From NCBI GenBank assembly GCA_000146465.1, contig CP001949.1: a DNA stretch of 64,000 bases. The stretch is one strand, 5' to 3'. The first letter of the stretch is position 1; each line of letters begins with the position of its first letter. The translations under genes were made by a program, and so were the position numbers. Positions 28,213 to 37,365 of the stretch are shown here, piece after piece. The notes beneath the pieces are model-generated. The model was given only the letters and a program-made list of their open reading frames with translations, was not told the DNA's origin and made no database searches.

Positions 28213-29079
28213 TTAACCCCCCTCCAGGCCTCTTCGACTCCTATGCTTGTTAACAACATCCACCAAGTCTCCCGGCTCAAGGGGCATCAAGAGAGTCTCT
28301 GTCACCCTTATCCCCAAAATACTCATATATTCGCTTTTGAATCCTTCGTCTACAACCAAAACAATAGGAACATCCTCGTCCTCGCTTCTTATTCGGCTCA
28401 CAACCTTGCTGCACTCAGGCGCATCCGCATATAATACAACTACATCATACTTCCATTTCATCACATTCTTCATGTCTGTACTTTCTTCTACTATTGTCAA
28501 AGAGTAATTGGGAATCTTTAGAGCACTGTATATCCACTCAGACCCAGGAACATCCTTCTTGACAAACAGCACATTTGTCTTGGAAGCAATCCTCATCCTC
28601 TCGTGATAAATGTATTTCTTTATCTCGTTGATGTCCTCGACAACAGTCTGAAGATACTTCGAAATACTCCGGATGGCATTCAGCACATGCGACTGGTAGA
28701 CTATGCCGCTTTCAATCTGCTTTGGATTCGAGCCTCCAGACACCCCGCACTCGCTCGGTGCTTTCTTCCTACGGATCTTGTCCAGAAGCTCCGGCCTTCC
28801 TCTTTGGAAATATTTGTTTCGGTATTCCCATTGTGCCCTCTCCCCATCCCTCCGTACCTTGTAAAAATCATATTTGTTGAGCTGTCTAACAAAGGAGCTC
28901 CAGTTCTTGTGTCTAAAATGCCTTTCGAGAACAAACTCAGAGAATCCCTGAATATCAGATATGACAAAGCTTCTTCCGTCGGGACTCCATGATATGTATG
29001 GATAATTCTCAGGCTCCTCCAACATCTGAAAAAGCTTCACTACAAACTCAGACCCCATGGTCAACCTCATGGACTCCAT
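28213..29079 (-). CDS. HSF-type DNA-binding domain fused to a C-terminal response-regulator receiver-like domain (Skn7-like transcription factor)
   Basis: HSF DBD (FV.KLFQMLE.PE....ISWSPDG.SFVI.D...F...VL...F.H.N..SFVRQLN.Y.F.KV); C-terminal YDVVVLYADAPE...VPIVLVVDEG...GIRVTETLLMP resembles a CheY-like receiver. Confidence 0.6.
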   Translation of the reverse strand: MESMRLTMGSEFVVKLFQMLEEPENYPYISWSPDGRSFVISDIQGFSEFVLERHFRHKNWSSFVRQLNKYDFYKVRRDGERAQWEYRNKYFQRGRPELLDKIRRKKAPSECGVSGGSNPKQIESGIVYQSHVLNAIRSISKYLQTVVEDINEIKKYIYHERMRIASKTNVLFVKKDVPGSEWIYSALKIPNYSLTIVEESTDMKNVMKWKYDVVVLYADAPECSKVVSRIRSEDEDVPIVLVVDEGFKSEYMSILGIRVTETLLMPLEPGDLVDVVNKHRSRRGLEGG

Positions 29080-29201
29080 CCGACCTAAGGCCTTAACTAA
29101 TCAATAATTCCCATATCAATTAAGCCATATTAAAAGATAATCCCCTTCCATATCCGGAAGCATCCAAAAAAGAATAAACATTTATTTCTACCCCAAACAC
29201 A

Positions 29202-29918
29202 TTATCCCCTACTTTTCTTGAAGTACAGCTTTCCGTTTCTTATATCAACATCGTTTCCTTTCTGTGGCCTGAGCCCTATTTTCAGTCTAAATATGGTGTT
29301 TCTCTTACTCAGCTGTTGTCTGTATCTTTTCTGAGCTCTTTGTTTTCTTCCGTCCCCATAGACAGAATTTATGTATCTTTGCTGATAATACAAAAGCAGC
29401 TCGCAAACCAGTGTATCCTCAGTTGCTAGGGGCCTGTTCTCAAGAACTGTTATCTCCTTGAGTAGTCCCATCATCTCGTCTATCTCCATCGAGATTCCAT
29501 CCACCTCTTTGCTATTCATAAACAGCATGTCTTCATACAGGTCAAACCCAAATATATGATATGGAAGAAGACACTCGTAAGCATGGTTGAGATTCATGAA
29601 TCTCCTCAGATCAGGCCTCCCAATCTGGAACAGATCCTTCTGCAGGAACCCAAGAACCTTCTGTCTCCGTGCCTGTGCCTGTTCATACAGATTGCCGTAC
29701 AAGTGTCCATATCCTCCCCCGTCAATCCCCCGTGTCTTTCGGTAAGGCCCACGAACTCCTTTTGTCCTTTCCATACTCTGGCCCTCAAGGGACTTCTTCA
29801 CTGGCGAGGACCCTTTGCTCTCCAATCCAACCAATTCCCCCTTTTCCAGGGCCCCGCCTCCATTCAACCCTCCCATTCCACAATCAGCCCCTTCAGGCTT
29901 ATCCGACGGCCTCTCCAT
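29202..29918 (-). CDS. Hypothetical protein (Gly-rich N-terminus)
   Basis: The track start at 29930 is a TTG; the ATG at 29918 is preceded by GGGCCTAAAA (the same motif as upstream of RPS4 and RPB4). Confidence 0.35.
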   Translation of the reverse strand: MERPSDKPEGADCGMGGLNGGGALEKGELVGLESKGSSPVKKSLEGQSMERTKGVRGPYRKTRGIDGGGYGHLYGNLYEQAQARRQKVLGFLQKDLFQIGRPDLRRFMNLNHAYECLLPYHIFGFDLYEDMLFMNSKEVDGISMEIDEMMGLLKEITVLENRPLATEDTLVCELLLYYQQRYINSVYGDGRKQRAQKRYRQQLSKRNTIFRLKIGLRPQKGNDVDIRNGKLYFKKSRG

Positions 29919-29972
29919 TTTTAGGCCCAAAAAATTTCAAGAATTTACACCAAATGGCTCATCCTCGGAAAC

Positions 29973-30242
29973 ATGTATCTCCACATGAAGCTAAGATGCG
30001 GCAAGATCTCAACAGGAAACACTGCAATGATGTGCGATAAATGCTCGGGAAAATGCTATGCATGCGGCCTGGACACCAGAGAGTCCGTGGAAAAGGTCTA
30101 CATTTGCACCCCGTGCTTCCATTCCACGTACAAAGACAGATGCATCGTTTGCAAGCTTAAGGACCCGAGAAACAATGCATACTATTGCAGGGAATGCAAG
30201 CTCCAGAAAAACCACGACAGATGCCCTGTCCTCGCCCAATAA
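29973..30242 (+). CDS. PHF5A: PHF5A/Rds3 (SF3b splicing factor, zinc-knot protein)
   Basis: Cys pattern C.KC.GKC..C...(C)...C..C......RC..C......AYYC.EC......D.CP matches PHF5A; the exact N-terminus is uncertain (ATG at 29973 or 29985). Confidence 0.75.
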   Translation: MYLHMKLRCGKISTGNTAMMCDKCSGKCYACGLDTRESVEKVYICTPCFHSTYKDRCIVCKLKDPRNNAYYCRECKLQKNHDRCPVLAQ

Positions 30243-30276
30243 ATCATAGACATGTTTAATAAAGTAGGTGTGTATC

Positions 30277-30750
30277 TCATCCCCCACCACTATTTGTTGG
30301 CCACTTGTTGGGACTGTTGTTTGAAACATTCTTCACATGAGGAAATAGTTGCTCCACGTCAATCTCGTGCCCACTAGAGAAGTATTTCTCAAGAGCCCTG
30401 TGGTCCTGCATCTTCACCTTGAAGTTTATTGCCGGGTCTTTCGCAAAGTCCGGAACAACAAAGTCTGGGTCCAAGATGGCATCATTTTCGTCTACTTGCG
30501 GTATCTTTGTCTTTGGCCTGTAAATATGCTGTGGGACCCTTCCTGTCGATCTGAGGAGTTGATAATCAATGGCTTGTTTGTAGAGATTCCCTCCGTTGAA
30601 CCTCTTGCCTGTCTCTGTCTCTTTTCCTCTCACTCCAAGAGAATCCAAATCTGCTTGGTGCAGAGGCATCATCTCAGGCTTGCTTATCTCCTTCTCTAGT
30701 AAGCTTTCCTGCCCTTTCTTGCCATACTCAGATTCATTTGCCTTCTCCAT
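30277..30750 (-). CDS. Hypothetical protein; may be the 3' part of a frameshifted gene with 30783..31385
   Basis: The track start at 30786 is a TTG; first ATG at 30750; abuts the previous ORF in the +1 frame. Confidence 0.25.
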   Translation of the reverse strand: MEKANESEYGKKGQESLLEKEISKPEMMPLHQADLDSLGVRGKETETGKRFNGGNLYKQAIDYQLLRSTGRVPQHIYRPKTKIPQVDENDAILDPDFVVPDFAKDPAINFKVKMQDHRALEKYFSSGHEIDVEQLFPHVKNVSNNSPNKWPTNSGGG

Positions 30751-30782
30751 ACATCTTTTCTTCAGCTGTTGCAAGGCTGCAT

Positions 30783-31385
30783 TCAATTTGGAATTTGCAT
30801 TAAGGTTCCTGATGCCCTTTGCTGCAGTTCAAGTAGTCTCCTTCCAATCCCATTTTCCAATTCTGCATCATTGCATTGTGCTTCCCCCATCTCTCTTTTC
30901 TTCAATAAGCTGGGAAAATCCCCGATTACAGAAGGCTTCTTGAGTCTTGTTCCCTTGTAGATCTCTCTAGAATCCATGTCTATTATCCGAGGACTTTCTC
31001 TCATGGAAATCTCCTTGTAGCCACCCTTGCATCCTTGGCTTACTTTCTTACAAGAAACCGAAGGATGTCCATTCATTCCATTCCTTTCACTCTCCTCAGA
31101 GGTCCTTTTGCCCAGGCCTCCATCCTTGCTCTTTATGACTGGAATGTGCCCTGGAATCAGGCTTTCCTGATCAAATGCACTTCCATCAAAGTCTCCATCA
31201 TACAAAAATTCCTCATTCTCCTTGTCCCTCTCATAACCATCTCTTCCCTTTCCCCCATTCGATATATTCTTCAAATCCTTCATCTCGTATCCACTCTCCA
31301 CATTCATTTTCTCACACATCACACGGTCCTTCACACCTGCAATTGCATTTTTCCATTCCTCAAGAAATTCCTTCAGAAACTCCAT
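30783..31385 (-). CDS. Hypothetical 200-aa protein (low complexity, Gly/Asp/Glu-rich)
   Basis: ATG at 31385; ends 31 bp downstream of the preceding gene's stop. Confidence 0.25.
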   Translation of the reverse strand: MEFLKEFLEEWKNAIAGVKDRVMCEKMNVESGYEMKDLKNISNGGKGRDGYERDKENEEFLYDGDFDGSAFDQESLIPGHIPVIKSKDGGLGKRTSEESERNGMNGHPSVSCKKVSQGCKGGYKEISMRESPRIIDMDSREIYKGTRLKKPSVIGDFPSLLKKREMGEAQCNDAELENGIGRRLLELQQRASGTLMQIPN

Positions 31386-31419
31386 AAGGGATTAAAAACC
31401 CTTGGTTACATACACACAC

Positions 31420-33468
31420 TCATACAGTCTTGTCCAAAAAATCAAAATTCATCATCCTCCATCCTGCTTCAAGCTTGCTTCCAACATCCACTCTGTTCCT
31501 GACTCTAGGCCAGTAACTTCCTCCTCGAGGATCAAAAAACTCAACCATCCTCACGAGCTCTCCATCAACCCCTCCGCCCACGCAATAGTACAAGATGTAA
31601 TTGTCTCCGTTGTCCTGGTCTTTCATTATCTTTTCTCTATAATACTCCTTCATCCTCCCTACACAGTCTAGGCACATCCCGCCAATGTTACACTCCTTGA
31701 TCCTTGCTCTCCTGTATGCATAGAACCCAGAATACTTGCTTTCCTCAGATATTTCCTTGTTCTCATAATACTTTATCTCCGACTCAATCAGTTCCGATCT
31801 CACATGCCTCCGGGAGTTGTAGAGAACAGACAGCGATATCTTTCCCAGCTTCCTGAATATTACAAATCTCTCAAACCACATCCATTCCTCAGACATAAAT
31901 CTCTTTGCAAGCTTGTCACTCATCTCCAAGGCCTTTTTCATGTCCTTTCTCTTCAGATACCTCAGATACCCAATTCCAACCTTGAAGTTCTCGGGATATC
32001 GAGACATGCATTCTTCGTATATTCCACTGGCATCTATCCCTCTTCTCTCTCCAAGCTCTGCATATAGAAGCCAGTGCTTATAATCAAACAGATCCTTTCC
32101 TAACTCCTCAAAAGCCCTTTCCAGGCTTATTTGAGACAGGATTACATATTTTCTTATTGTCCTCATCTTTCCAGGAATCACAGAATAGCTGCTGTGGAAG
32201 TCTCCTCCCATGTAATACATCTTCGATCTAGCAAGGATAAATGTTTTCTTCTCTCTCCCGTACTGTCTCATTCCGCTCCTTAGAATCTTCTCGGCCCTCC
32301 GGAAATATCCAATCTCCTTGCTCCCCACAAACAGCTTCCACCACTCCTTGGCCTTCATCAAATCAACAAAATACCTACGAGGCTCCATCACAAAAAATCT
32401 CTCAATGAACTCGGAGTCCAGAAAATACTCCTTTGCAACATTATAGCAGGAAATAAACGTCTCGTCGTCATGGAGCCCATGCTTGCTCATCGAGACAAAC
32501 AGAGACCAGAGGTCAGAAGGAAGAGCTGACATCGGCTCAGGTCTCTCCCCTTGCAGGTAGAGGAGAAGGGTATCTTTGGAGAGGATGGGGGACGGAAGCT
32601 CGACCCTCCGCTTTCCTCTTCGAAGAATCCGAAGAGTTCCTTCCAGTCCAAGTCTGAGAAGATCTTCAACCACCATCGAGTTGTCTCCATCTTCCACCAG
32701 ACAGCTCAGAAGATGCTCCGAGTAGATTCCTTTGTCCCTAAGGACTCTGTACAGAGACTCCACAAGCCCATGGTTGGGTTTTGTGCCAATAAACAGATCT
32801 ACAAGTCTCTCCTCATGAGTCTCAACCACACTTTCATATAGGAACATCTGTTTCTCCAAAATATCTTCCAGATTCTCGCTCATCATTTTTCGGAGACCAA
32901 AACTCCTGGGATGTCTTGAGACCCCAGCCCTCAGGATCTTGATGTCTCTGTCTTTTCGAAACAGATCTTCATAAAAGCCTTCATCTCCGTCTACAACCTC
33001 CAATGCCTCGTCAAGCATGTCGGATGCATAGTATCTACTAATAATCTCTCTCCACAGTCTCTCGTCCTTGATGTCTCGGCCCTCGAGCAATATCTTTGAA
33101 CCCTCGTTTCTCCCAACAAGTCTACTGAGTCTGATTCTCGCATCCACATTCAAACGGTTCTTCTTCAATAAGTTCCTTAGGACGTGGGTCTTCCATTCGT
33201 TATTTTCCTGGTCCTGCTCTCCATCCATCTCCACTTCCTCTATTCCTTTCCAAGAAGGAATGTGTCTGGAAGTGGCTTCCTCTATATCCATCTTTCCAAG
33301 AGCCTCCACCTCCTCTCTGGAAAGTATCCTTTGCTTTGGATCCTTTATTTTCCTCTTTCTTTTTTCTTCTATTGCTGTGTAGATCTCGTCCTCCTCTCCG
33401 TCATATCTAGATGCAGTGTTCTGTTCAAACAGACTCCTTATGTCAAAGAGCTTTCTTCCTTTTCCCAT
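31420..33468 (-). CDS. HAT/TPR-like helical-repeat protein, candidate RNA-processing factor (Utp6/Clf1/Rna14 type not resolved)
   Basis: Repeated W..Y...E...G helical-hairpin pattern; the track start at 33474 is a GTG; the ATG is at 33468. Confidence 0.4.
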   Translation of the reverse strand: MGKGRKLFDIRSLFEQNTASRYDGEEDEIYTAIEEKRKRKIKDPKQRILSREEVEALGKMDIEEATSRHIPSWKGIEEVEMDGEQDQENNEWKTHVLRNLLKKNRLNVDARIRLSRLVGRNEGSKILLEGRDIKDERLWREIISRYYASDMLDEALEVVDGDEGFYEDLFRKDRDIKILRAGVSRHPRSFGLRKMMSENLEDILEKQMFLYESVVETHEERLVDLFIGTKPNHGLVESLYRVLRDKGIYSEHLLSCLVEDGDNSMVVEDLLRLGLEGTLRILRRGKRRVELPSPILSKDTLLLYLQGERPEPMSALPSDLWSLFVSMSKHGLHDDETFISCYNVAKEYFLDSEFIERFFVMEPRRYFVDLMKAKEWWKLFVGSKEIGYFRRAEKILRSGMRQYGREKKTFILARSKMYYMGGDFHSSYSVIPGKMRTIRKYVILSQISLERAFEELGKDLFDYKHWLLYAELGERRGIDASGIYEECMSRYPENFKVGIGYLRYLKRKDMKKALEMSDKLAKRFMSEEWMWFERFVIFRKLGKISLSVLYNSRRHVRSELIESEIKYYENKEISEESKYSGFYAYRRARIKECNIGGMCLDCVGRMKEYYREKIMKDQDNGDNYILYYCVGGGVDGELVRMVEFFDPRGGSYWPRVRNRVDVGSKLEAGWRMMNFDFLDKTV

Positions 33469-33501
33469 AGGCACAGCACAAAGAACACAAAAATAAATCC
33501 G

Positions 33502-35325
33502 ATGTGGGGCATTAAAACTTTAGAGATGGGCGAGGAGAAAGACACAAAGAAGAAGAGGGTTTCGTTTGCACCTGAGCCTCAGGTGATGTATATATATCCT
33601 GAAGAGGAGAACAAAAGCAACAAGGCTGTAGACTCTGGAATGATGAGCGAGGATGAGATATCTGTGGAGCTGACGGTAGATCATCTTCGAGGGAGGAAGA
33701 CAGAAGACGGAGGAGATGGAGAATTTTTGAATGCAGAGCTGAAGGATTTGATGGAGGATAGTGAGGTTGGGTATGGAGCCATGGGTGACAACAGTGGAAA
33801 AGAAGATGAGGTGGAAAAAGAGAAGTGCAAGGAGAACTATGGGGTGGAGGAAGGAGAGATTAAAGAAGTCAAGGATGATGAAGAGTGTAAGGAAGGAGGG
33901 GCTGAGAACAGCGAGACAGGGTGGAGAGAAGGGCCCTGTAGGAATGAACAGGAGGAATTTGAAGATACTCTGATGAGCAATGAGACAGTGAATGTAGAAG
34001 AGATCATCAACACCCAAGATCTTCGGAAGATAATTCCACAAGTGAGGAAAGAGATGGTGAATGTTTCTGAGCTACTGGTTTCCAAAGGAATCAGATTTCT
34101 GGACAGTCTTGTTGTGTCGAATACAAGAAGGGATACAATGTCGAAGTCGCGGAACGAGGTACATCCTCGGCAGGAAAGGTTCTACGAGAGTTTCCTGGAG
34201 CCTCGGACACGGTTCTTCTTGGAGTTCAGTTCTGATCTTGAGGATAGGATGTTGCGGCAGGAGAAGGTGAACGAGGAGCTGGAAAGAGAATTCAGGATTG
34301 CAGGGACTGTTTTTGAGAGCCCGGATGCCTCAAGCCTTCTGAGAGCTTTGAAGACGGAATGCCGGATGAAGTCTAAGATTGAGTGGTATGAGCTTCGTAA
34401 AGAGAAGGAAGTTGAGTTCAATAGAGAGGTAACTGATAGAAGGAATCGGCTTGCTGAAGAGTATAATCATCTTGGAGGATGTCTGAAGGAAACCTCTGAG
34501 AAGGTTGAAGAGAGTAAAAGAAGGAATGAAGAGATGGAGGAGCAGATACGCAGAATAAAGAATAGGCTTGGGATGGATGGGGATGGGAGGCACCAGAAGA
34601 TCTCTGAGCTGAGAGCATTGATGAGTAAGCAGGAGGGAACGATTGAGAGTGGAAGGAAGGAAGTGAAGAGACTTGAGGAAGAGAGAACAAGGAAGCAAGC
34701 CGAGAGACGTGTGCTGAAAGAAGCATTGGAGAAGATGGAGATGGAAATTAGAGACCTTGAGGAAGTGTTAAAAACCCAAAACATAACCGAGGGTGATGTG
34801 AAGGAAATAAGACAGGAGTTCCGGACATTGTGTGCAGCCTTTGGAATGGAACTAATGAAAGTAGATACAAGCGAGGTTAGGCTCCGAATACTGGAATACA
34901 ACCTCAAGATAAATCTAGGGGCTGGCTTCGTGATTGAATCGATTGAAGCCACTCCTCTGTGCGATAGAAAAGACCTGGGGCATCTCTACCACCACTTCGG
35001 AAAATACTTTGAAGGAAAGGGATGCAGCTTCTTCAAGGGAATTAGAGACGCCATGTTTATGTCGGCGATGGTGTCAGGGCTATGTAAAGAGTTGTCTGGA
35101 ATTAAGAAAAGACACTCTGTAGAATGCAGCGGGGAAGACAACGAAGCCATTGTTAGGATCTTAGCATTGGATGTGGAAAAGTGCACCAAGCATGAGATTT
35201 CCATCAAGATAAAAAATGGATTTGAATGCTTGATCCAATGGAAAGACAGAAGCCAGATGTGGGATCTTAAGAAGGATGTAGGTATAATATCCAGATCGGT
35301 CGAAGAAGCACTTGCAAATCGCTGA
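33502..35325 (+). CDS. Coiled-coil protein with an N-terminal PP1-docking RVxF motif (KKKRVSF); KNL1/Spc105-like kinetochore candidate
   Basis: RVSF at residues ~19-22 after the ATG at 33502; acidic middle; long C-terminal heptad-rich region; the track ORF start at 33184 overlaps the neighbouring gene and is not used. Confidence 0.35.
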   Translation: MWGIKTLEMGEEKDTKKKRVSFAPEPQVMYIYPEEENKSNKAVDSGMMSEDEISVELTVDHLRGRKTEDGGDGEFLNAELKDLMEDSEVGYGAMGDNSGKEDEVEKEKCKENYGVEEGEIKEVKDDEECKEGGAENSETGWREGPCRNEQEEFEDTLMSNETVNVEEIINTQDLRKIIPQVRKEMVNVSELLVSKGIRFLDSLVVSNTRRDTMSKSRNEVHPRQERFYESFLEPRTRFFLEFSSDLEDRMLRQEKVNEELEREFRIAGTVFESPDASSLLRALKTECRMKSKIEWYELRKEKEVEFNREVTDRRNRLAEEYNHLGGCLKETSEKVEESKRRNEEMEEQIRRIKNRLGMDGDGRHQKISELRALMSKQEGTIESGRKEVKRLEEERTRKQAERRVLKEALEKMEMEIRDLEEVLKTQNITEGDVKEIRQEFRTLCAAFGMELMKVDTSEVRLRILEYNLKINLGAGFVIESIEATPLCDRKDLGHLYHHFGKYFEGKGCSFFKGIRDAMFMSAMVSGLCKELSGIKKRHSVECSGEDNEAIVRILALDVEKCTKHEISIKIKNGFECLIQWKDRSQMWDLKKDVGIISRSVEEALANR

Positions 35326-35410
35326 CGGCCATTGGAGTCTTTGATAAATTGTTAATCCCGGGACAGGAGTCCGAGTAATAAACAATTAGTTTATTGATAG
35401 ATCACATTTG

Positions 35411-35773
35411 TTATAATTTGTCCTTCTCTTCTTCGGAGTCCTGGGGCTTTGAATTCCCCGGGAGTGCATAGTACTCTTGCAGAGACCGGTTGAAGTCTTC
35501 AAGACATCTTATCAGTACGTCTTCCTCCATGTTCTCAACCTGCATTCCCTCGTACAAAGAAACAGCCTTTTCATAAACAAGTCTCTGATGCTGGATGGAC
35601 TTGGATAGAAGCTCCAGGTCCTCCTTAGGACATGTCTCCGAGATATCCCCAACAACCCTGTCTAAGATGGTTCTAAGAACAGACAAGCTTTCGAGATGCT
35701 CTCCTTTTCTTATGGCTTTCTCTAGCTTTAAGTAGTTCTCCCTGTCCATAGGAAGGGCCACGAATCTAAACAT
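35411..35773 (-). CDS. Small helical hypothetical protein (120 aa)
   Basis: Intact ATG ORF in a gene-sized gap. Confidence 0.3.
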   Translation of the reverse strand: MFRFVALPMDRENYLKLEKAIRKGEHLESLSVLRTILDRVVGDISETCPKEDLELLSKSIQHQRLVYEKAVSLYEGMQVENMEEDVLIRCLEDFNRSLQEYYALPGNSKPQDSEEEKDKL

Positions 35774-35911
35774 TTGATTCCAGGAAGCCTAGATTAAGAA
35801 TTAGATTTTGAAAGCTCCCAGAAATATCTTAATATATAGTCCAGTGATATAATTCTCAATTGATATCTATTTAATTAAAGGATAAAAAGCCAGAGCATCC
35901 AAACTCTCTTA

Positions 35912-36876
35912 ATGGAGAAGAATCAGGCCGAGCCAGAAAAGAACATAAGTTACACAAAACTTGCATTTTTCTTTTTCGTAATAAGAACAGTAGTAATAGG
36001 TCTGGCCTTACTATCGGGACCATACTTTGCACTAGATGACGAAACAACAACATTCAAGATGTTTATAATTTTCTTGGACATAACAAACATATTACAGTTT
36101 ATATTTCAATGGGACATAATTCAGCGTAAGATTCTATTTCAATATCTTCTATATATTCCTGTCCTTGCTTACTCTCTGACTCTTACAATCACGTTAATAG
36201 TTGATGCACACAATACTAACAGTTGTAACTTCAAAGTAGAAGGTAAAATTAAGAAATTAGCTATTGGATATATCTATACATATATGGGAATTCTTCTTGG
36301 GGAAGTTGCTCTCCTTCCAATCATATACAGAAGACTCAAGAGTGACTTTATGTGGGCAAACTTCAAAAAGCTAGGAGCTAACACAGCTATTAATGGTAAG
36401 TGGAGATAAGTAATTTTAGATGCCTTCGGGAGGAGAGAACAGTTTAGTGCAATAAGAAGATTTATGTTGATTTTTCTGTGTGGAGAAGTTGCAAGTTTCA
36501 ATATAAGCATAAGAGATAACAAAGATGTCTTCTTTTTTGTAGCAGGGACACAGATATTTGTGATTTTCCTTTCTTTTATATTTTTCAACGAAGAATATGT
36601 ACATCAGAGAAGGTTTCTTCTGGGATTTTCCGGACTGTGTACATTAGGAGGAATAGCATACACTGTGATTTATATTGTTATGGCTAGTAGGAGTAGCGAA
36701 ATAAGAAAGTAAGTGAAGATGTTAATTTTAGAGGAGTTATTTCCGAAATTGTATTCTATACAATTACAATGCTTATTTTCTTTGTTGGAGCCTTTAGGGA
36801 TTATCAGACATTTGGGAAGGGACTAAAAGATTATTATAGTGGAAGTCTTGGAATAAGAAAAAAACTCACACCTTAG
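35912..36876 (+). CDS. Multi-pass membrane protein encoded by 3 exons (35912..36395, 36420..36708, 36732..36876), 305 aa
   Basis: Two track ORFs plus an unlisted 3' frame join precisely after removing introns GTAAGTGGAGATAAGTAATTTTAG (24 nt) and GTAAGTGAAGATGTTAATTTTAG (23 nt); total CDS is 918 nt in frame and ends at TAG 36874-36876. Confidence 0.55.
36396..36419 (+). other. Spliceosomal intron, 24 nt
   Basis: GTAAGTGG...TAATTTTAG; phase 1; restores the frame. Confidence 0.65.
36709..36731 (+). other. Spliceosomal intron, 23 nt
   Basis: GTAAGTGA...TAATTTTAG; phase 2; restores the frame. Confidence 0.65.
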
Positions 36877-36894
36877 GCAGAGCAGAATACTTTT

Positions 36895-37298
36895 CCACGA
36901 GACAATAAAAACCAAAGACTTTATTTCTCTTGGGGACTCCCCGCATACACCGTCATCCGGCTGTTCCCCAACACCTTCTCAATCACCCCCTCAGACGCTA
37001 GGTGCCGCAACACATTCTCCGCAACCCCGAGGTTCAGATTGTACTTGCTCCCAACACCATACCGCGTCACAACACTCGCTCGGCACACATCCTTGCGCAC
37101 CTTCGACAGGAGCTCCTCGGTCACCGTCACTCCCCTGCGCACTTCCTCCTTCTTCTTTCCGTCGCTCCACTTCTTCTTGTCCTTCCTTGTTCCAGACATG
37201 GCCTTGAGTGCCTTCTTCTCCTTCGACTCCTGGATCTTCTTGGCCATTTGTGGGAGTCCAATTTTCCCACTTCAAATCCCATCCCAGAAACTCCCAAA
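36895..37298. repeat. Left arm of a ~404-bp perfect inverted repeat (partner 38722..39126) containing the entire RPS25 gene plus its 5' CCC motif and 3' flank
   Basis: Reverse complement of 38722..39126 matches base for base where checked (boundaries and the first ~120 nt of the CDS); all three overlapping frame translations are identical between the copies. Confidence 0.8.
36921..37247 (-). CDS. RPS25: Ribosomal protein eS25 (RPS25), copy 1 (inside the left arm of the inverted repeat)
   Basis: 108 aa with an eS25 signature (KKKWS.GK.K......V..TEEL..K...D.....V.T...V.....N......L..L...G). Confidence 0.85.
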   Translation of the reverse strand: MAKKIQESKEKKALKAMSGTRKDKKKWSDGKKKEEVRRGVTVTEELLSKVRKDVCRASVVTRYGVGSKYNLNLGVAENVLRHLASEGVIEKVLGNSRMTVYAGSPQEK

Positions 37299-37365
37299 GA
37301 AGCCCATAGCCTCCGAATGCCAGGAGTGGATTTCTGGATTGGAAAAATTTGCCCTCAATCTAAAG

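Noticed and set aside
29954-29995. An upstream ATG (29954) giving MAHPRKH..., reminiscent of the PHF5A N-terminus MAKHHPD, which could be joined to the main PHF5A frame by removing a 16-nt GTATCTCCACATGAAG 'intron'
   Set aside because: Sixteen nt is far shorter than the five 23-24-nt introns found here, and it lacks GTAAGTG and TAATTTTAG. A simple ATG at 29973 or 29985 suffices.
33184-33501. The 5' extension of the track ORF for the KNL1-like gene
   Set aside because: It overlaps the start of the convergent or divergent minus-strand gene (31420-33468) and precedes the first plausible ATG.
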